NCBI RefSeq assembly: GCF_902459465.1
Contig: NC_047070.1
Coordinates: forward strand, 17,794,001 to 17,858,000
DNA: 64,000 nucleotides
From: Asterias rubens
Lineage: Eukaryota
Reading direction: 5' to 3'
The position numbers were made by a program, and so were the translations under genes. The notes below the pieces were generated by a model. That model made no database searches. It saw nothing but the letters and a program-made list of their open reading frames with translations, and had not been told where the DNA came from. Position 1 is the stretch's first letter. Each line of letters begins with the position of its first letter. Below are positions 11,205-25,563 of this stretch, piece by piece.

Positions 11205-13679
11205 TTAAAAAAAATCAAAATCATTTATTCTGTTGCCATCTTCAGATAAAAGGGCGGATGTCATTGGGTTTTTTATTTGTGTGCCACAGAGTTTTTGGGC
11301 ACCTTGATCCACAAACAAGATTTCTGTGTTTAATGCTAGGCTAAATTTCTTGTTTAATAACTTGAATTGTATTGAGTGTGTAATTCAATTGAATCCTTTT
11401 GAGTGAGTTTACCTGTTGTTTTTCTTAGGAGTCACTATTATTTGTCCATCTGTTTTGTACTACATGTACGTGTTCGTGTAGTTTGTTGAACGAACTGTTG
11501 TGGTCTGTAAAAAGGTTTGAAAACCACTTTTTATCGTGAATATAAATGTGTGGTCATCTCCTCGATGTGGTAAAATTTTTCTGTTTCGTCAGTTAATAGT
11601 CAAATTATTTCATTAGTTATATTTTACAGATTTCTGAAAGAAATTTTATAGTGTGTTATATGGGGACACAACTCTGGCTCCTTGAGCTTTTTTTTTTTTT
11701 CAAGCTTTCTCTCATGCTGTCTCTGCAAAGGTAATTGAAATACTATTCTTGAAAGGTAATAATGTGAGAGTCTAGGGCAAGACTTTTAATCCACACACAG
11801 GGAGATTAACTTGTGGGGGTAGAATTAGACTGGTCCCCTGTCTTGATCTGCAAGGATAAAGAGAGGCACGTACTGGTCTTACAAGGGCAATGATTTAATT
11901 GGACACAATTATTTCATTGGATAATTGTGCAGTGAAGCTTTCTATATCTGTGTTTCGATTGGTCCGAGGTGATGTTTGTCAGCTGCACTTATGGTCATAT
12001 GCATGCCGCGTGCATGATGGTTGTATCATGTACATTTACACGCGCGTGTTATGTTGTTTATTATGTATACATGGATTTGAATCTAAATTTCCATGTGAAA
12101 TGGGTGCGAGGTCAAAGGTACATTCGTACGGATCAAAAACCAAGCAAAAATTACTCTTGACAACTCATTATATCAATCAGCCGAGAAAATGAGAGGGTTG
12201 TTTGGTTTTTTTTTTAATTAGCTTTAAAAAAGTAAAACTATTGTCTGAAATAATTCATAGTTTTTATCAAGTAAATGAAAACATTCTGTGTAATGTACCT
12301 TTTTTTTCTTCTGTTTGAAACAGGCTGTTTTTAAGTATAAATTATTCCTTACTTTTTTCTGATTTTAAATTCTTTACTTAGCTAGCTGAATATTTGTCAG
12401 ACTGGGGCTGCAAGGAACTTGGACTGTCCTTGTTTTAAGACATTGTGTATACAAGGAACCAGACATGATAGCCGCAGTATGGTCAGACTTAACTTTAGAA
12501 AGCTTGCCCAATTATCCAGCTTTTAATTAGACATAAAACTGTTCGATGAAGCCAAATAAAAACGTCAAAATATTTGAAATGAAAACAGTTTGTGGTGAAG
12601 TGTAAATTTGTTTAAACAAATTGTGTATATTTTTTAGATTCTTTAATAAAAATGAAAGTACCTGCGATCGACAACAACTACCTTACTCCTAAATCATATA
12701 CTCATTTCAGTATTTATTCATTTCAAACCTTTTGGTACATCTATATTGTTAACACAAAATAATAAAATAAAATCCTGCAATAAAAACAAACTTTAAGTTG
12801 CATTGCAAAGCTTCACACTTTTAAGGACAATTTCAAAAACTTAATTGGCTGTTGCTTGTATATATACAAAAAATGGTTGCCTATTGCTTTTTTTCTCAAG
12901 CATATTTGAAGAGAAACTGAATAATTGATTGAAAAAGTTGTAGGCCTATGCCAATTTGTATTTATAAGATAAGATTGAGTTATTCCACAATATGTATGAC
13001 TATTTTTTGTGTTTTTTACCTTGACACTGATGTATATGAAGCACTGTGGTATACTCGGTATTCATACAATGCAAGTACACATCAGTGTTAGGGTACAAAA
13101 TAATAAATATTCTTTATCCCAAATGCAAAATTTAAACCTACCAAATCTTTGCAATACCCACTCCTAAAGCATAGGTTTGGAACTGCCTCTAGCCACCGGG
13201 CCAGCTCGGTGGTCTAGCAATGCAAAAGTGGTGGGTTCAAATCCCAACCAAATTATTTTAGTCATCTGATCGAAACGCACATATCTATCCAACAAGGGTG
13301 GTGTTAGCTTTTTTTTATTTTTACACACCAAGTGAGGACACTGGTCTGTGATAATTACCAAAAGTATACCTTGCCTTTAAACATTGCAAAACAAATTTTG
13401 TATTCTTTCTTTTCACATTGTGATTGGCACAATGTCATATACTTGTAACTCAAGTAGTCTGAGATCTGAGTACAAACTGAGTATGCCAATAACCACTACT
13501 CAAACACTGCATCACCCATTTCTTAAATTCTGACTAAAGTTTTCTTTGAACTCTATTGACTTTGTACAGCGCATTTGTAATAAGAACTAATATTACTATT
13601 ATAAAAAGAAAATACCAAAACACTTTTAAGTCAACACTGATTTTGCTATACTCTTGACCTCATCTATTTTCTATATCTG

Positions 13680-16600
13680 TTATGTAACCACCACCCCTTT
13701 ATAAACGACCATTCCTTTGCTCGATTCCAATAATGCGGGCCATAAATGTTCCTTAATTTTTGGGCTTCGTCGGCTGGAGCTGGATGTCCTCTGGTGGACC
13801 GATGGATCAAAGGATCGTAGCTCAAAGTCGATGACATACGGAGAGCTCTGAATTGAAAGCTTCCAGGCGATGCTCACGCAGCTCGTTACAAACTTCTTCA
13901 AAGGAGTTGAGCCCTCTAGAGTGGCGTTGTCCTCAGACAAGTCGTACACCTGGTCCAGAACATCCTGTTTATATAACAAAAACGTTGTTCTCAACACAAC
14001 ATTAAAGGAAAATAGGTAATGAAAAGGAAATTATTTTTGGGATGAATAAAGACCAATTTACTGATGCAGTTGAACCTGCGACCTCCTGGATTAATTCGGC
14101 GGTGCTTTACCAACTGGGCCATCTATATAGCCCTAGTGTAGCCAGTCTCCCTATGCTGTAGATCTTGCTACGAAAGCTTATGCAGTTGGGTATGTAATAC
14201 ATGTAGGTTAGGCTGTAAGTGCCAATACTAACCTCCTTGTTTTATCTATCAGACTACATAACAAGGATATATCTACAAAGATTTTGTATACTTTCAGGAG
14301 TTCTTTGTGTACTCGGTACTTTTCAGAGTTCTGTGATTTTTGGGGAATTTATTTTACTCAGGTGAAAGTATTGACTATACAGTGCTTACACACACAATTG
14401 TGTATGGTTAAAGGTTAAAACCAAATAATATTCTTTATCCCTCTTGCAAATTTAGCTCAGAAGGTTAATAGCTCAACACAATAGAGTATTTGCTGACACA
14501 CATTCATTCTGTCCCTGCATAAATGAAGTAATTGTGTAAATAGGTTTTAGAGGTGGATCACTTACGGCTATCATTGGGGAGAGGTCAAAAGTGTTTGCCA
14601 TCTTGCGAAGGTGTTGAAGTAATTCCACTTGTGACTTGTTGTTCGGTGGGATGTCAATGGTGTAGCTACTCACACTCTCTTCATCATCCGTGGGTAGCTG
14701 CTGCATCCGTGCCTTTGCCATGTGTAGTTCATGTATGGTGATCTGGGCACTGCGGAAAGCAAACTGCAAAATAAAGATGACAAGAAAGAAAAGCTTCATG
14801 TAAATCGGGACATTCAGGAGGATGACTACACGACGAATAACAAAATAATGTCTATAGCAACTTTTATGTAGCACCTTTTCTGAGGGGTGCAAAGCACTCT
14901 TACAAATAATATCATGAAACACAATTGAAAATCCAGTGCCAGGCAGAGTCCAGCTTAAGCTGGGCTCTCCACATGATGAATATGTGCAGGCCCAGCCTGC
15001 AAAGTAACAAAAACAATTGTATATTTTTTCTTATTTTATAAGCTCATACAAAATTTATTTCTGTGAATGTAAATGTGAATATTTTTATGCAGAGACCTTT
15101 GCTTACAGTTTGAGATTCAGTTGTCTGTCTTTGGCGAGTATTTTTATGTTTCTCACAAAACTGAGGGGAAAAAAGAACAATATATAACCATACCACAATA
15201 ACTGAGAAAAGTACAGCATCCTTCTTCTGTGGATCGATGCTCAGACCAGTCCATGCTATAGCTCTCTGCTCTGAGTAAAGTTTATCATACGCATACAGCA
15301 AGTCCCCTGTAATGTGTCTGATGTGGTGCTTGGGTAAATGTCGATTGATAGGAGTGGATTTGTTGGCTGTTTGCTGGGAGCGCTGGTGGGACCCTGTTCC
15401 CTTCTGTTTGATGAGACTGGCTGACTTGGGCTGGAGCGCTGGGGAGGAAGCCTGTTCAACAGCAGCCGGTTGAAGCCCATTTGGAATGGCAGAGGCTTCT
15501 ACTTCCTCAGCTGGGGGGTTCTTTACTTGTACTTTTTTAGTGACCTCCGACTTGATGTTGTTGTTAACAGGAGCCTCCTGTTTTAGAACAGTCTTTATGG
15601 ATCCATTAGTTTTTGTTGGTCCATTTTTAGGAGATGTATTGCCCAGAGAGGGATTTGTTTGACTCTCGGCGGGAGGGATCACTGCTTGCTGCTTTTCCTT
15701 GGAGGGTTCCACGTGTTGGACAACAACTTTAGCTGCAGATTCTTGTTGAGCAACAGGGACTGGCTTGTCATCTTGTCCTGGCTGAGCATCAACAATGGAG
15801 TCCTTTGGCTCCCTGTCTTCCAGCTCTGTTGCTTCTATCTGTCGTGGATTGGCTGAACCCACAGTTTTCACAGACTTTTCCTCCGCAGGTTTGGAGCCCT
15901 TTGCCACCCTGTCTTTTAGCTCTGAAGCTTCTTTCTGTGGCGTCTCGGCTGAATCAACAATTTTCCCATACCTAGTCTCTGCAAGTTTCTCCACGATTTT
16001 CACAGACTTAATCTCTGCAGGTTTCTCCTCGCCTTCTTTCAAGGACTGTAAATTGGCTTTTTCTGGAGCAGCCTCTTCTGACATCGACACTAACTGCTTT
16101 TCAAAGGACTCCCTCCGCTCTTGGACACTAGACTCCTCCAGTTTCCAGAGAGATTTCTTTGGGACAGATGGGATCACACTTTCAGCTTTCTGCTTCTCCA
16201 GGACAGCCACTTGCTGTTCCACAAATGATGGGGATGACGATCTTCTGTCTGTAAATTCATCAGGCGGACGTAGAGTTGGAGATGTTTCACTGAGTTTGCC
16301 TTCCTCCGAGGACGGCTCTCCTTGATCTGTAGGAAACAGCTCCGTGTTTGATGATTCTCTTCGTGGGATAATTACAGGTGATTTGTCTTCCTTGAGGGCA
16401 GGGGTAGGATGAGCCCTGTACGAAAGAAGATCATGAAATTAGTATAAAATCATACAAATTAAATCAAAGCATCTGGCTGTCTTTGATACAAAAACTCCAA
16501 CAAGTTTTATGGCTCTACTTACTGTAAGCAACGAATCTGTGCTTACGTAAGCATTACATGAAGCATATTTCATGGGCTAGCAGGGAATTTTGGCTCTTGC

Positions 16601-19600
16601 GCGTGTGTACATCCACATCACTAGGAATTCTTCTATAGTTACCATAGCTACCATACTAACCATTGTAAGCAGAGAATGGCCATCTTAAGCACAGAATTTT
16701 GAAGTAAGTAGAGCCCTGAATTTGGGCCCAGTCATACATCTTCTGCCTTTGACTCTATAGCTACACAAGGATACAGGCTTTAAAAGTTTCACTTAGTTTT
16801 GGCAGGACAGGAGATTATTAATCTATTGCATCGCCAAAACTCTGCTTCTGGAGATGCTTAAGGGTTTCTCCCTTGTAGTCATAGAATTACACAGAAATCC
16901 TTTTTCAAAAGATGTTTTACTTTAAAAACTTACCCTTTTGAAACAGCTTTCTCTTGTGCATCTTTTAGTTTCTGCATCTCAATGGAGTTCCTTTGAAGCC
17001 GCTTGATGAGTCGCTCGTTCTCCAGGTTCAATTCCGCTTCAATCTTTGCCAACTGAGTAGGATCAAGCTGCTCCAGGTCGGGCGGAAGGGTGAACAAAGT
17101 GTCGTCATCTTTGGCCTTTGACCCCTTACCTTTGACCTTGATTTTAGCATACAGTGGATCTGAATTGGTTGCCTCTGATGATGATTCAGCTTTAGTTGAG
17201 TCTTTGTCTTTGCTGCTGCTTTGAGGTGGGGTCTTGAATTTGAGTGTTGCATAGGTCGGGTCGGCATCATTATCTATTGCATCATCCACTTGAAAAACAA
17301 GAACACCGGTAATATTTTTACTTTAACTCATTCATATTACTTTGAGTCAGAGGGAATAGGGGAGAATCATTGTTTTGTTCCAAGTAAATTAAAATGGAGG
17401 TTGGAGGTTCAAGTCCCACTCTCTGTCTTTGTTCGACCCCAAATTATTTAAAAGTTAAACCATCAGTCAATTTCTTTTGTGGCTTATGACTTAAATTTAC
17501 ACCGTCTTATTTCAGCATAAAGTCACAATGCATGTTTGTCAGTGCTATTTTCTACACCTTGTTACTAATCTTACTTACTTTGGGAACTGATAGATGGTGT
17601 CTTTTCTCCGCCGCCAAAGTAGTGTTTCCTCAAGACAGAAGGCGAGACTGAAGAATCTCTGCTCCTTGGCTGACTTATCCCTCGTTTCTCCAGCTGACGT
17701 CTTCCAACAGCTATTCAAATACAAGAGTAGGAGTTTGTCTTAGAACACGTTTTAAGAATTGATGAGTTAGCCCCTCCAAATGGATCGTATTATTACTTTT
17801 GAATGTTTACAGTCTGACAGCAAGGTCACTGATGAACAATGGATTCAGATGTATGTATTCTGTGAAGTTGAACTAACAGTAGTTTTTTTGTTATTTTGTG
17901 TATTTTCTGGTAAAGAAACCAAAGATGCCTCTTAAGTTACAAGTCACTGTAGCTCCCAAGCAACAGTGAAAACAAGGTCGCTTCTATCTCGCAAGCAACA
18001 GTGAAAACAAGTTGCTTCTATTTGAACCAGAAACACGGAGTTTAACCCCTACTCTTTGACCCCAACTTTTCTGGGGGGGGGGGGGGGGGTTGTGCGCTAC
18101 AAATCCAGGTACACAGGACCTACATAAAGCAATTACGGTAAAGCATCTTGAGCATTGTCATGACCAGGACTCGAACCCACACTCTGCTAATCAAAAACAC
18201 CAGAGCTTTCTTCTCTTTTTGTGTGTTATTTTTATTGAACTTCTGGAGAGAATTTTGTTTTAAAAGATCACCTGGGGATGAAGCAGACATTTTGCGGATC
18301 CTTGTGAGCATCTGCTGTAGTTCTGCACTCTCCTCTACACTTTCCCTCCTGGGTCTGGAGATGACAATGGGGTCCATGGAGCTGCTACGTGAGGGCTTCG
18401 TCTGCTCTGCTTCATTGCTGCTGTTGGACACGGCGGCTTGAGTGGATGGAGACAATTCCAATGAATGACTGCGTTTATGGTGTTTCCACCAGCGAGATCG
18501 CTTCTCTGTGGGCTGCTCACCGGGCATAGCGGACTTCTCATGGTGGTTGGTGGTTGGTGCAAAGATTTGCTCAATCAATGGGCCTTCTTTCTTGGCAACT
18601 GTCACTGCTGAGAATATTTCAAAATGAAAGAATCAGTTAATTTATTTATTCATTATTTATTTTATGTACCCTTTTTTATGTTAATCATTTGTCTATTATT
18701 ATCTGCAATCAAATCAAAGTTGTGGAAATAAATCAAATCAATTGAACGGTACCAAGGGATCAAAGGTGGATCACAAAGAGTTAAGACTATCTCAAGTTTT
18801 GACTAGTTACTCATCCTAACTTAGGACTAGTCCTGATTGGGAGGCTATCTTTGAGAAATCAATCCCAGGTTGGCTCAGTGTTTTTTTCCCTGCCTTTTAC
18901 CTCAGTCTGTGAACACCAGTTCCAATCTCACTTCAGACCAGAGCCTTGCATATTGTGGTTTGGGTTTTGCAGTCCCAACCTGATTCTGAGGGTTGCCCCC
19001 ATTAATTTGGGGTTTTTCTACCACATAAAAAAATATATATTTTTATTTTCATTTCCTGGTCACCTGTATCCTGTAATGTTGGAGGTTGTGTAATGAAATA
19101 ACTCAATAGTGGACATTTCTTTTCCTTTGAAAGTTAGCCAATATTCATAGATTTATTGAGTTTCTTAGACTCAAAAGCTTTGCTTCTGTTATTGTTGTTT
19201 CAGTACTTGTTTTCATAGGCAAAAAAATAAAGAGGGTGGTAACATGGTTTGAACAAATAGTAAGTTCAATTTCTTAAAACAATTACACGTAAACAATTCA
19301 AGCCCATTAAAGAATCCTTTCTCAGAATCTCATTGAAGACCCTAATCATTCCAATCACTTGCAACAACAACTATCACACACCAGCAAAACTAATTCCCAC
19401 GGTGGCTGCAACACTAAAAAATATTGTTGGTGTCTCATCAAACACATGACATGAGATCAAGCCAAAATAAGTTTCGCAATTGTAGAATTGCAAAACAAAT
19501 TTGACGTACACAACAAAAAACACAGCAGCTCAACAATCAAGGACAATCACCGATCCATCAAATATGGATGTTGAGTTTTGTTGACTGGTGAGGTATTTGA

Positions 19601-22600
19601 CTGCGGCGAGCATGACCAAAAGAAAGGGGATGCTACAATGCAGATTGACAATGGACAACCTTTACAATGCATCTACCTTCCTAAATGCACCACAATTGCG
19701 TGAGAAAAACTTGTTCGACAAGTTGGAATTTGTTCACGCATCAGTTGCATGGAAGCACACACAATGCTGGAGTAGGCCTACACACATGTATGTTTATTAA
19801 AAATGGAATTTCAAATATTTGCAAAGTCACTTTTATGTTGACTTCATACCTGGATAAAGGTTTTTGCCAAATAAATACCTGAATGAACATAATAAAGCTT
19901 GGAAAATTACTACATAAAAATAATAATAATAAGATAATAATAAGTATTTGTAAAGCGCCATATCTGTCAGAAAGACTCCTGGGGCAGAAAAAGGACTCTG
20001 CTAATGACTGAATCTATTATATGACTGAACAAGTGACTTTTTAGTTTGGTTTTGAAGTTGAAGAGAATGTCAACTCGTCCAGCATGTGAACAAGCACGGT
20101 CTCCCCAAGCAAGCATACATATAGACAAGATTTACTGACAACACATTCAATGATCTGTAAATTTGTGTACAGAGAAACTTTTAGCATTGCATTTTACCTT
20201 TTGAATTTTACCTTCTGAATAATATGACCTTTTGACTGGTGCAAAAGTCCTCTTAGACTAATTTGTTTTTGATTTCTGATAACTTTATGTTTTAAACTTC
20301 GCTCTGAAAGGGTATCAAACAAGGTGACACTTAACACCCACTTAAGAGTGTAAGGTTAGAGATCTTCTCCCCCAATTTCCATATAATGGAATTTAAATGC
20401 GTCACCTAACTGAAACTGACCTTAGAGCTTCTCTTTTAAACAGTTCACCAAACTTAAACCCCCGGGCCATATCAGAGGCAGTTTTTAACGCTTTTATTTA
20501 TGTTCATTGATTGAACTTGTTTGAAAGTCACGGATTAACAACACCTCAAATATAGAGCACAAAGGTCAGTCCAGTGTTTGTAATATTTACTAAGAAAATA
20601 ACCCAGTGGTATTTTCCCAGTTCCATAAAGGCAAAGTGGTTGAATAGTGTGGAAAGTTTATTATTTGGCACTATAAGCCGATTAACAGACTTCTGGATTG
20701 AGAGGTCACAGGATTTATTTCACAGTTGAGTTAAAATTGGGGGAAAACTCTCAAACGAACATGTTAGATATTTATGGGTTTAAAAAATGTTTAGGACAAT
20801 AACACAAAAACCTTTGTATCCTCTGGTAGTTGTCTGTGATTTGTGTTTTCATCAGACATCTTACACATACAAGTGAGTAATGCTTAAAATATGTGCTTCA
20901 ATAAAAGACTTGTTAGCCTCGAGAAAGACTTTGTTTGATAATCATTTAAGTATTTCTTTACAATTATATGATACAAGTAGGTCCTTTTGGTTGGTTAGCA
21001 GTTTGCATTCAGCTAACTCTATTTTCTCAATAAAAGTACAATTAGAAAGTTAACTTTCTAGTCTGTAATCATTATAGGTTTTAAAATATAGGAACCTTAA
21101 CAAGATGGTGGCAGTTTGATAAAGACTGGATTTCATTTTACAAATTGATATATTATAAAATGTCCATATACAAAATACTGTACACACAGTAGCAGTATTC
21201 TTTGATTCCAACCAATACAATACAAAGTGTTCAGCAACCTAACTACCTCTTCAATATTTATTCTATACACCACTCAAGGTTAAATATGGCTGGAACTTGA
21301 TTGTTGTGATTATTACTGTAAAGTTATATTGTATCTTACAACCCACGTATATCCTTGCAGGATTTTAAACAGTATTTTTTGTTTGGCAGTAGAACCCTTT
21401 TGATTAATTCTGTTGTTTGGATAAAATTGTGTCTGTGGTAAATCTGACTCAAGGTTTGTGACTCATTAAAAGTTTAAAAGATGGACAGAGAGGTTCAAAG
21501 TAGTATTGAAGACTTATTAAAATAAATAAAACATAATACAGCTCAGAACGCCAGCACATTAATCTGGGGTCCCAGGTTAAGGTCCCACTCAAGCAGTTTT
21601 CTCTTTGTTCACCCCCAAATTATTTCAAATTTACCCAGTTAGTTTCCTGTGTGGTTTAGGCCCTAGTCACTTGATATTGGAAATTTAAAAAAAGTTGTAT
21701 CCCTTTAGGTGATCCCTCTGCTGCCTGGCTTGTATCATTGGGTGCAATTGATCCCTGACTACACCGCAGGTACAGGTAATGGCTTCTGACTAAAACCCCC
21801 CAACAAAGATACTGACAAAGAAGGGAGACTGTGGGCAGCCCAAACTAGAGCTAGATAGTGGAGTGCTTAGGCGTTAAGCCGGAGGTCACTGGTTCGAATC
21901 CCACTCCCTTGAATAAAAGGAATTACAGGGATTGGTGGGGTAACTTTTTATATTAGAAATGGCTTCTGAAAAAGTTGAATGACATTGGACTTTGACATTT
22001 GACAACTGACACCTTCGAGGAAAAACATTACAATTACTGTTAAATTTGAAATGCTTTGGCATAATGGCAAGCCTTCACAAAACTTCTGTGAAGCTTTTGT
22101 GCATCTATGGATGACTTGTCAAGGCAAAATTAAACTTAGCTGAACACAAAGTAACAAATAATGAGAGGAGGTTGTAGAAAAACCATTGTGCAATCCCAAA
22201 TCTTTAAGTCCTTCAAATCCTTTCTCAAAAGATGCATTACCGGAAAGTGACCCCTCAAATAAGACGTAACCTTCAAGTGCTTATCTTGTTTTGATGATCT
22301 CACCTATGTTTTGTTAGAGTGTTACTGTAACAGTAACTGTAACAGTAACACTAAATGTTTCTGTGAATATCTTTACATGGTGTGTTATGGCCGAGTGCTA
22401 CAAAGCGCACTCAAGCTCTGGTGTTTCTGATCAGCAGAGTGTTGGTTCAAGTCCTGGGCCCAATTTCATAAAGCCTGTAAACACAAAAACTTGCGAAGCT
22501 CAGAAGAAATTTGTGTAGAGGTAGGTTCTACTTTCTACTACTTTATGAATTAAATATTACTTATATTATGAGCGGCACCATAAAGTATGCTGCCAACAAC

Positions 22601-24250
22601 AAAAACACCTGCTTCCAGCAAGTGCACCAAAGATTCTGAAATTGCCAGGATGAGCATCTTTTCTTTTTTGCTGACAACAAAGTGCTAACTGATGCTCATT
22701 ACAAAAAGAGATAAACATCAAAAGTGGAGTGACATGCATTTTTCCCAAAGTGACAGGCGCATTCACAGTTCACCAGTCACTGAACTACAACCACAATAAA
22801 CTGACAATCACAAAATCATGACGTTGCATCCTTGGATACACCCTAAAAGAATCAGTCAGTTAGGCCCCAATAGAATTATTTTTTGGTGAAACAGTATTTG
22901 AATGAAATAAGATAACCTTCATGCTTTTCGGTTTTTCATTATAGACAATGGAAAACTAGTAAACAACTCTTTTTTTTTTCAGGCCTAAATGAAATCAGAA
23001 ACTTTAAAAAAAAGATGAAAAGTTTGAAAGGGTAAGAAATACTGACCCATTTCTTGCTGGACTTCAATCTCAACGACAACCACCTCCTCCTTGGTCGGTT
23101 CTTCTTCCGTATCTTCATCCTCTCTGTGTAAACTTATGATGTCTTCTTCATCACTATGGTAACCAAGTGTTGAATAAGAGCTCTGGTCTGAACTGCAGTG
23201 CTCATCCAAAAGCTCTTTGAATATGTCAAGAACAGTCTGAAGACTCTTTGAGTACTGCGCGATGAGGGGAACAACCTTAGCATTGGACGAAAAAGTCTTG
23301 ATTTCTGTCTTAAGCTTTCCGAAAGCAAGGAGCGCACTTTTGTCATACTCTATGCGGTCTTTGAGGGTCTTAATCAGGGATGGTAGTTGTGAGTTCGTTC
23401 GGAGCTCAATGGCATTCAGAAGAGACTTGTTTTTGTAGAGACGGTTTTTGATTTGGTTCTCGTTGAGCTTTGTGAGAGCCTGGTGGTTTCCTTGACTAGA
23501 CTTCTTATCGCTGTTGATCTTGAGCTTGACCGGCTTACTGTGAGACAGGTTAAGGTGATCTAGGGTGTTCACAGCAGCTTTGAAGGCTTGGATGTTCTTA
23601 TTAATTTCAAATTTAAGGCCGTCGTGGAGGTCGATGAGAGACCCGTTCATCGGAATGAATCCGTGCTCGCCTATGCCTTGTAAAGCCGTGTCCATCAGCT
23701 TCTTGCGTTTGAAGAGAGTCCGGACAAGATCGGGGTTGATGTGCAAGACGATTCTAAGGATGTTGTGGATGGACTTCCTGGCCTCCTCAGGTTTGGGATA
23801 TTTAAATTCTATGGCGCTCTGGACCATTGAGATGTACCGTACAATATGGAACACCATTGCCTCGACTTGAAACTGCTCGACGGGGAAACTCTCCACATCG
23901 CTGAGGAAGAGTCTAGAGTACAAACTCTCAAGGAAAACTAAGGACTGTGGGACACTATCGATGACAGGATCGACAGGAATGTCCAGGACGATCTCCTTTA
24001 AGGACTCGATGGAGATCTTGTTCAGGAGTTGAGAGGCATCAACAAATTTCCCCTTCTCAATCAAGACGAGAAGCTGTCGAAGAAGAAAGCTTGGGCTTAC
24101 CTCTTGGTACTTAATAGGACTGGCCCCTTTCCCCCCAAAGCTGCTAACCCATGATGAGTTTCGCCAGGGACCAGGTAGAGGGACCGATGTCTTTCTTTTT
24201 CTAGGTCGACTCTTCCTCCCTGTTGCTGCTGGTTTAGCTTGGTCACTCAT
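13680..24250 (-). CDS. Large Mieap (mitochondria-eating protein/SPATA18) C-terminal-domain protein, invertebrate-type architecture, about 1243 aa
   Basis: Seven phase-consistent GT-AG exons: 24250-23047, 18607-18272, 17710-17579, 17288-16934, 16415-15194, 14763-14566, 13964-13680 (3732 nt). In-frame TGA lies just upstream of ATG 24250. The C-terminus CVSIAWKLSIQ..FDPSVHQR..HLWPALL..KGVVVT* matches the recalled Mieap domain. The N-terminal helical region (LLRQLL..GIGEHG..RIEYDK..GYHSD) resembles invertebrate Mieap-domain proteins. Confidence 0.85.
14060..14150 (-). mobile_element. tRNA-derived SINE head (family B)
   Basis: Reverse strand reads ggcccagttggtaaagcacc...ggaggtcgcaggttcaac. Confidence 0.55.
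16500..16731. mobile_element. MITE of the GGGCCCAATTTC-TIR superfamily
   Basis: ttttatggctctacttac ... gtaagtagagccctgaatttgggcccag inverted ends. Confidence 0.5.
18139..18205 (-). mobile_element. tRNA-derived SINE fragment (family A)
   Basis: Reverse strand reads agctctggtgtttttgattagcagagtgtgggttcgagtcc. Confidence 0.6.
19915..20140 (-). mobile_element. L2/CR1-type LINE 3' end remnant
   Basis: Minus-strand translation WGDRACSHAG...FKTKLKSHLF followed by an (ATT)n-like tail. Confidence 0.7.
21540..21910 (+). mobile_element. Two degenerate tRNA-derived SINE heads (family B)
   Basis: agctcagaacgccagc...aggttaaggtccc near 21540 and ggaggtcactggttcgaatccc near 21880. Confidence 0.5.
22378..22456 (+). 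mobile_element. tRNA-derived SINE head (family A)
   Basis: A-box TGGCCGAGTG, caagctctggtgtttctgatcagcagagtg, B-box GGTTCAAGTCC. Confidence 0.65.
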
Positions 24251-25435
24251 ACTGGTATCAACTCAACTGAAAATAAATAAGTAACAAATTAACAATTTAT
24301 TCTACTCCTTCAACCTCATTCAATAGACCACTCTTTCAAACAGAAACTGTTTTCATTAAATTAAAGATTAACAAATCCTCGAAAACTTTTCCATACAACC
24401 TTGTTAAAGGTGCAAAGTGACAAATTAACATTTTTCTTCTACTCTTGCAGCCTCTTTCTTTAAACCACTCTTCCCAACGAAAACTTGTAAAGACATTTTA
24501 CATCAGCTTAAAGAATTATAAATCCATGTAACTTCTTATATAATTTTTAAAAAGAGCACTCAAAGTTAATTTGTTGCAAGTCAACAAGTGTGTATAAGTT
24601 TGTTGACATAAGTCCTTCAATTGTCATACTTGGTTGTATTTGCAGGCATATGAAAAAAAGAGGAAAATATAAAACCGGGCAAGAAAAAAAGAGGAAAAGA
24701 TAATATTCCTATAACTTTGTACACAGAAAGTGAAGAAAAAAAGAGGAAAACCAAAAGAGAGGGAATCAGCTGAAAAGAGGAAGTCTCACGTGACTGTTTT
24801 TGTCAAGTGTCTTAGTTATTTAGTATTATTGTTGAGCTTAATGATTTAGTCAACAAATTAAAAAGTAAGATTGTTTAGACTCCAATTTGATATTAAATCA
24901 AAGTTATGAGAACAGAAATCACAACAACTTTTTTTTTGGCAGGCATTTTAGAATCAACCTTTTTAACAAGTTGAGCAAAGCCATAAAAACACTTCATTCG
25001 GGCAAAGACAAATTCTAAAGTCCCCTTGAATTTAGCAATTGGTTTGTAAAAATGTGTACAAAATACAAGTTTCAAACACTAAAAACACGTCAAGCACAAA
25101 TATAAGTCTGATTATTTTGATAACAAAAGAACAAAATCTTGAGTATATTACCTTTGAGAAAGCAAGGCCAACGCTAACCATTTCCTTCATTCAGCAAACT
25201 GTCATGTACTGTACTTCATCCACCAACCAAACAAAATGAAGTTTTTATCAACAACGCATGTTATTGTTGGGACAAACCTCCACATAGCATGTTCTTATAT
25301 GGAAAGACTGCTAGGCTGATGGTCCCTGCATGGACCCCGTCAGTGGCTGGTATTGTGAATTACTTTGATTCACTTCAATAGTTTTGCTGTCTGAAGCCTT
25401 TTAATAATACTGTGGTGGCGCTATTCAATATCCAT

Positions 25436-25563
25436 GGCCAAATTTCACAGAACTGCTTATGAGTACCAAATTTATGAAGCGCCAAACAATTTTTCTTACA
25501 AGACAAATTGTTTGTGGTTGGCTACTTTTTGTGCTTAAAGCAGCTCTATGAAATTAAGCCCTA
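25436..25563. mobile_element. MITE copy (GGGCCCAATTTCAT TIR family)
   Basis: ggccaaatttcacagaactgct ... agcagctctatgaaattaagcc. Confidence 0.6.

Noticed and set aside
12108-12121. Nuclear-receptor DR1-like site AGGTCAAAGGTACA
   Set aside because: A single short match within probable repeat-derived DNA; expected by chance.
15795-16325. 176-aa + strand ORF
   Set aside because: Antisense shadow of the low-complexity Mieap-gene exon.
19588-19882. Nested gene in the long Mieap intron
   Set aside because: Short ORFs without splice or homology support.
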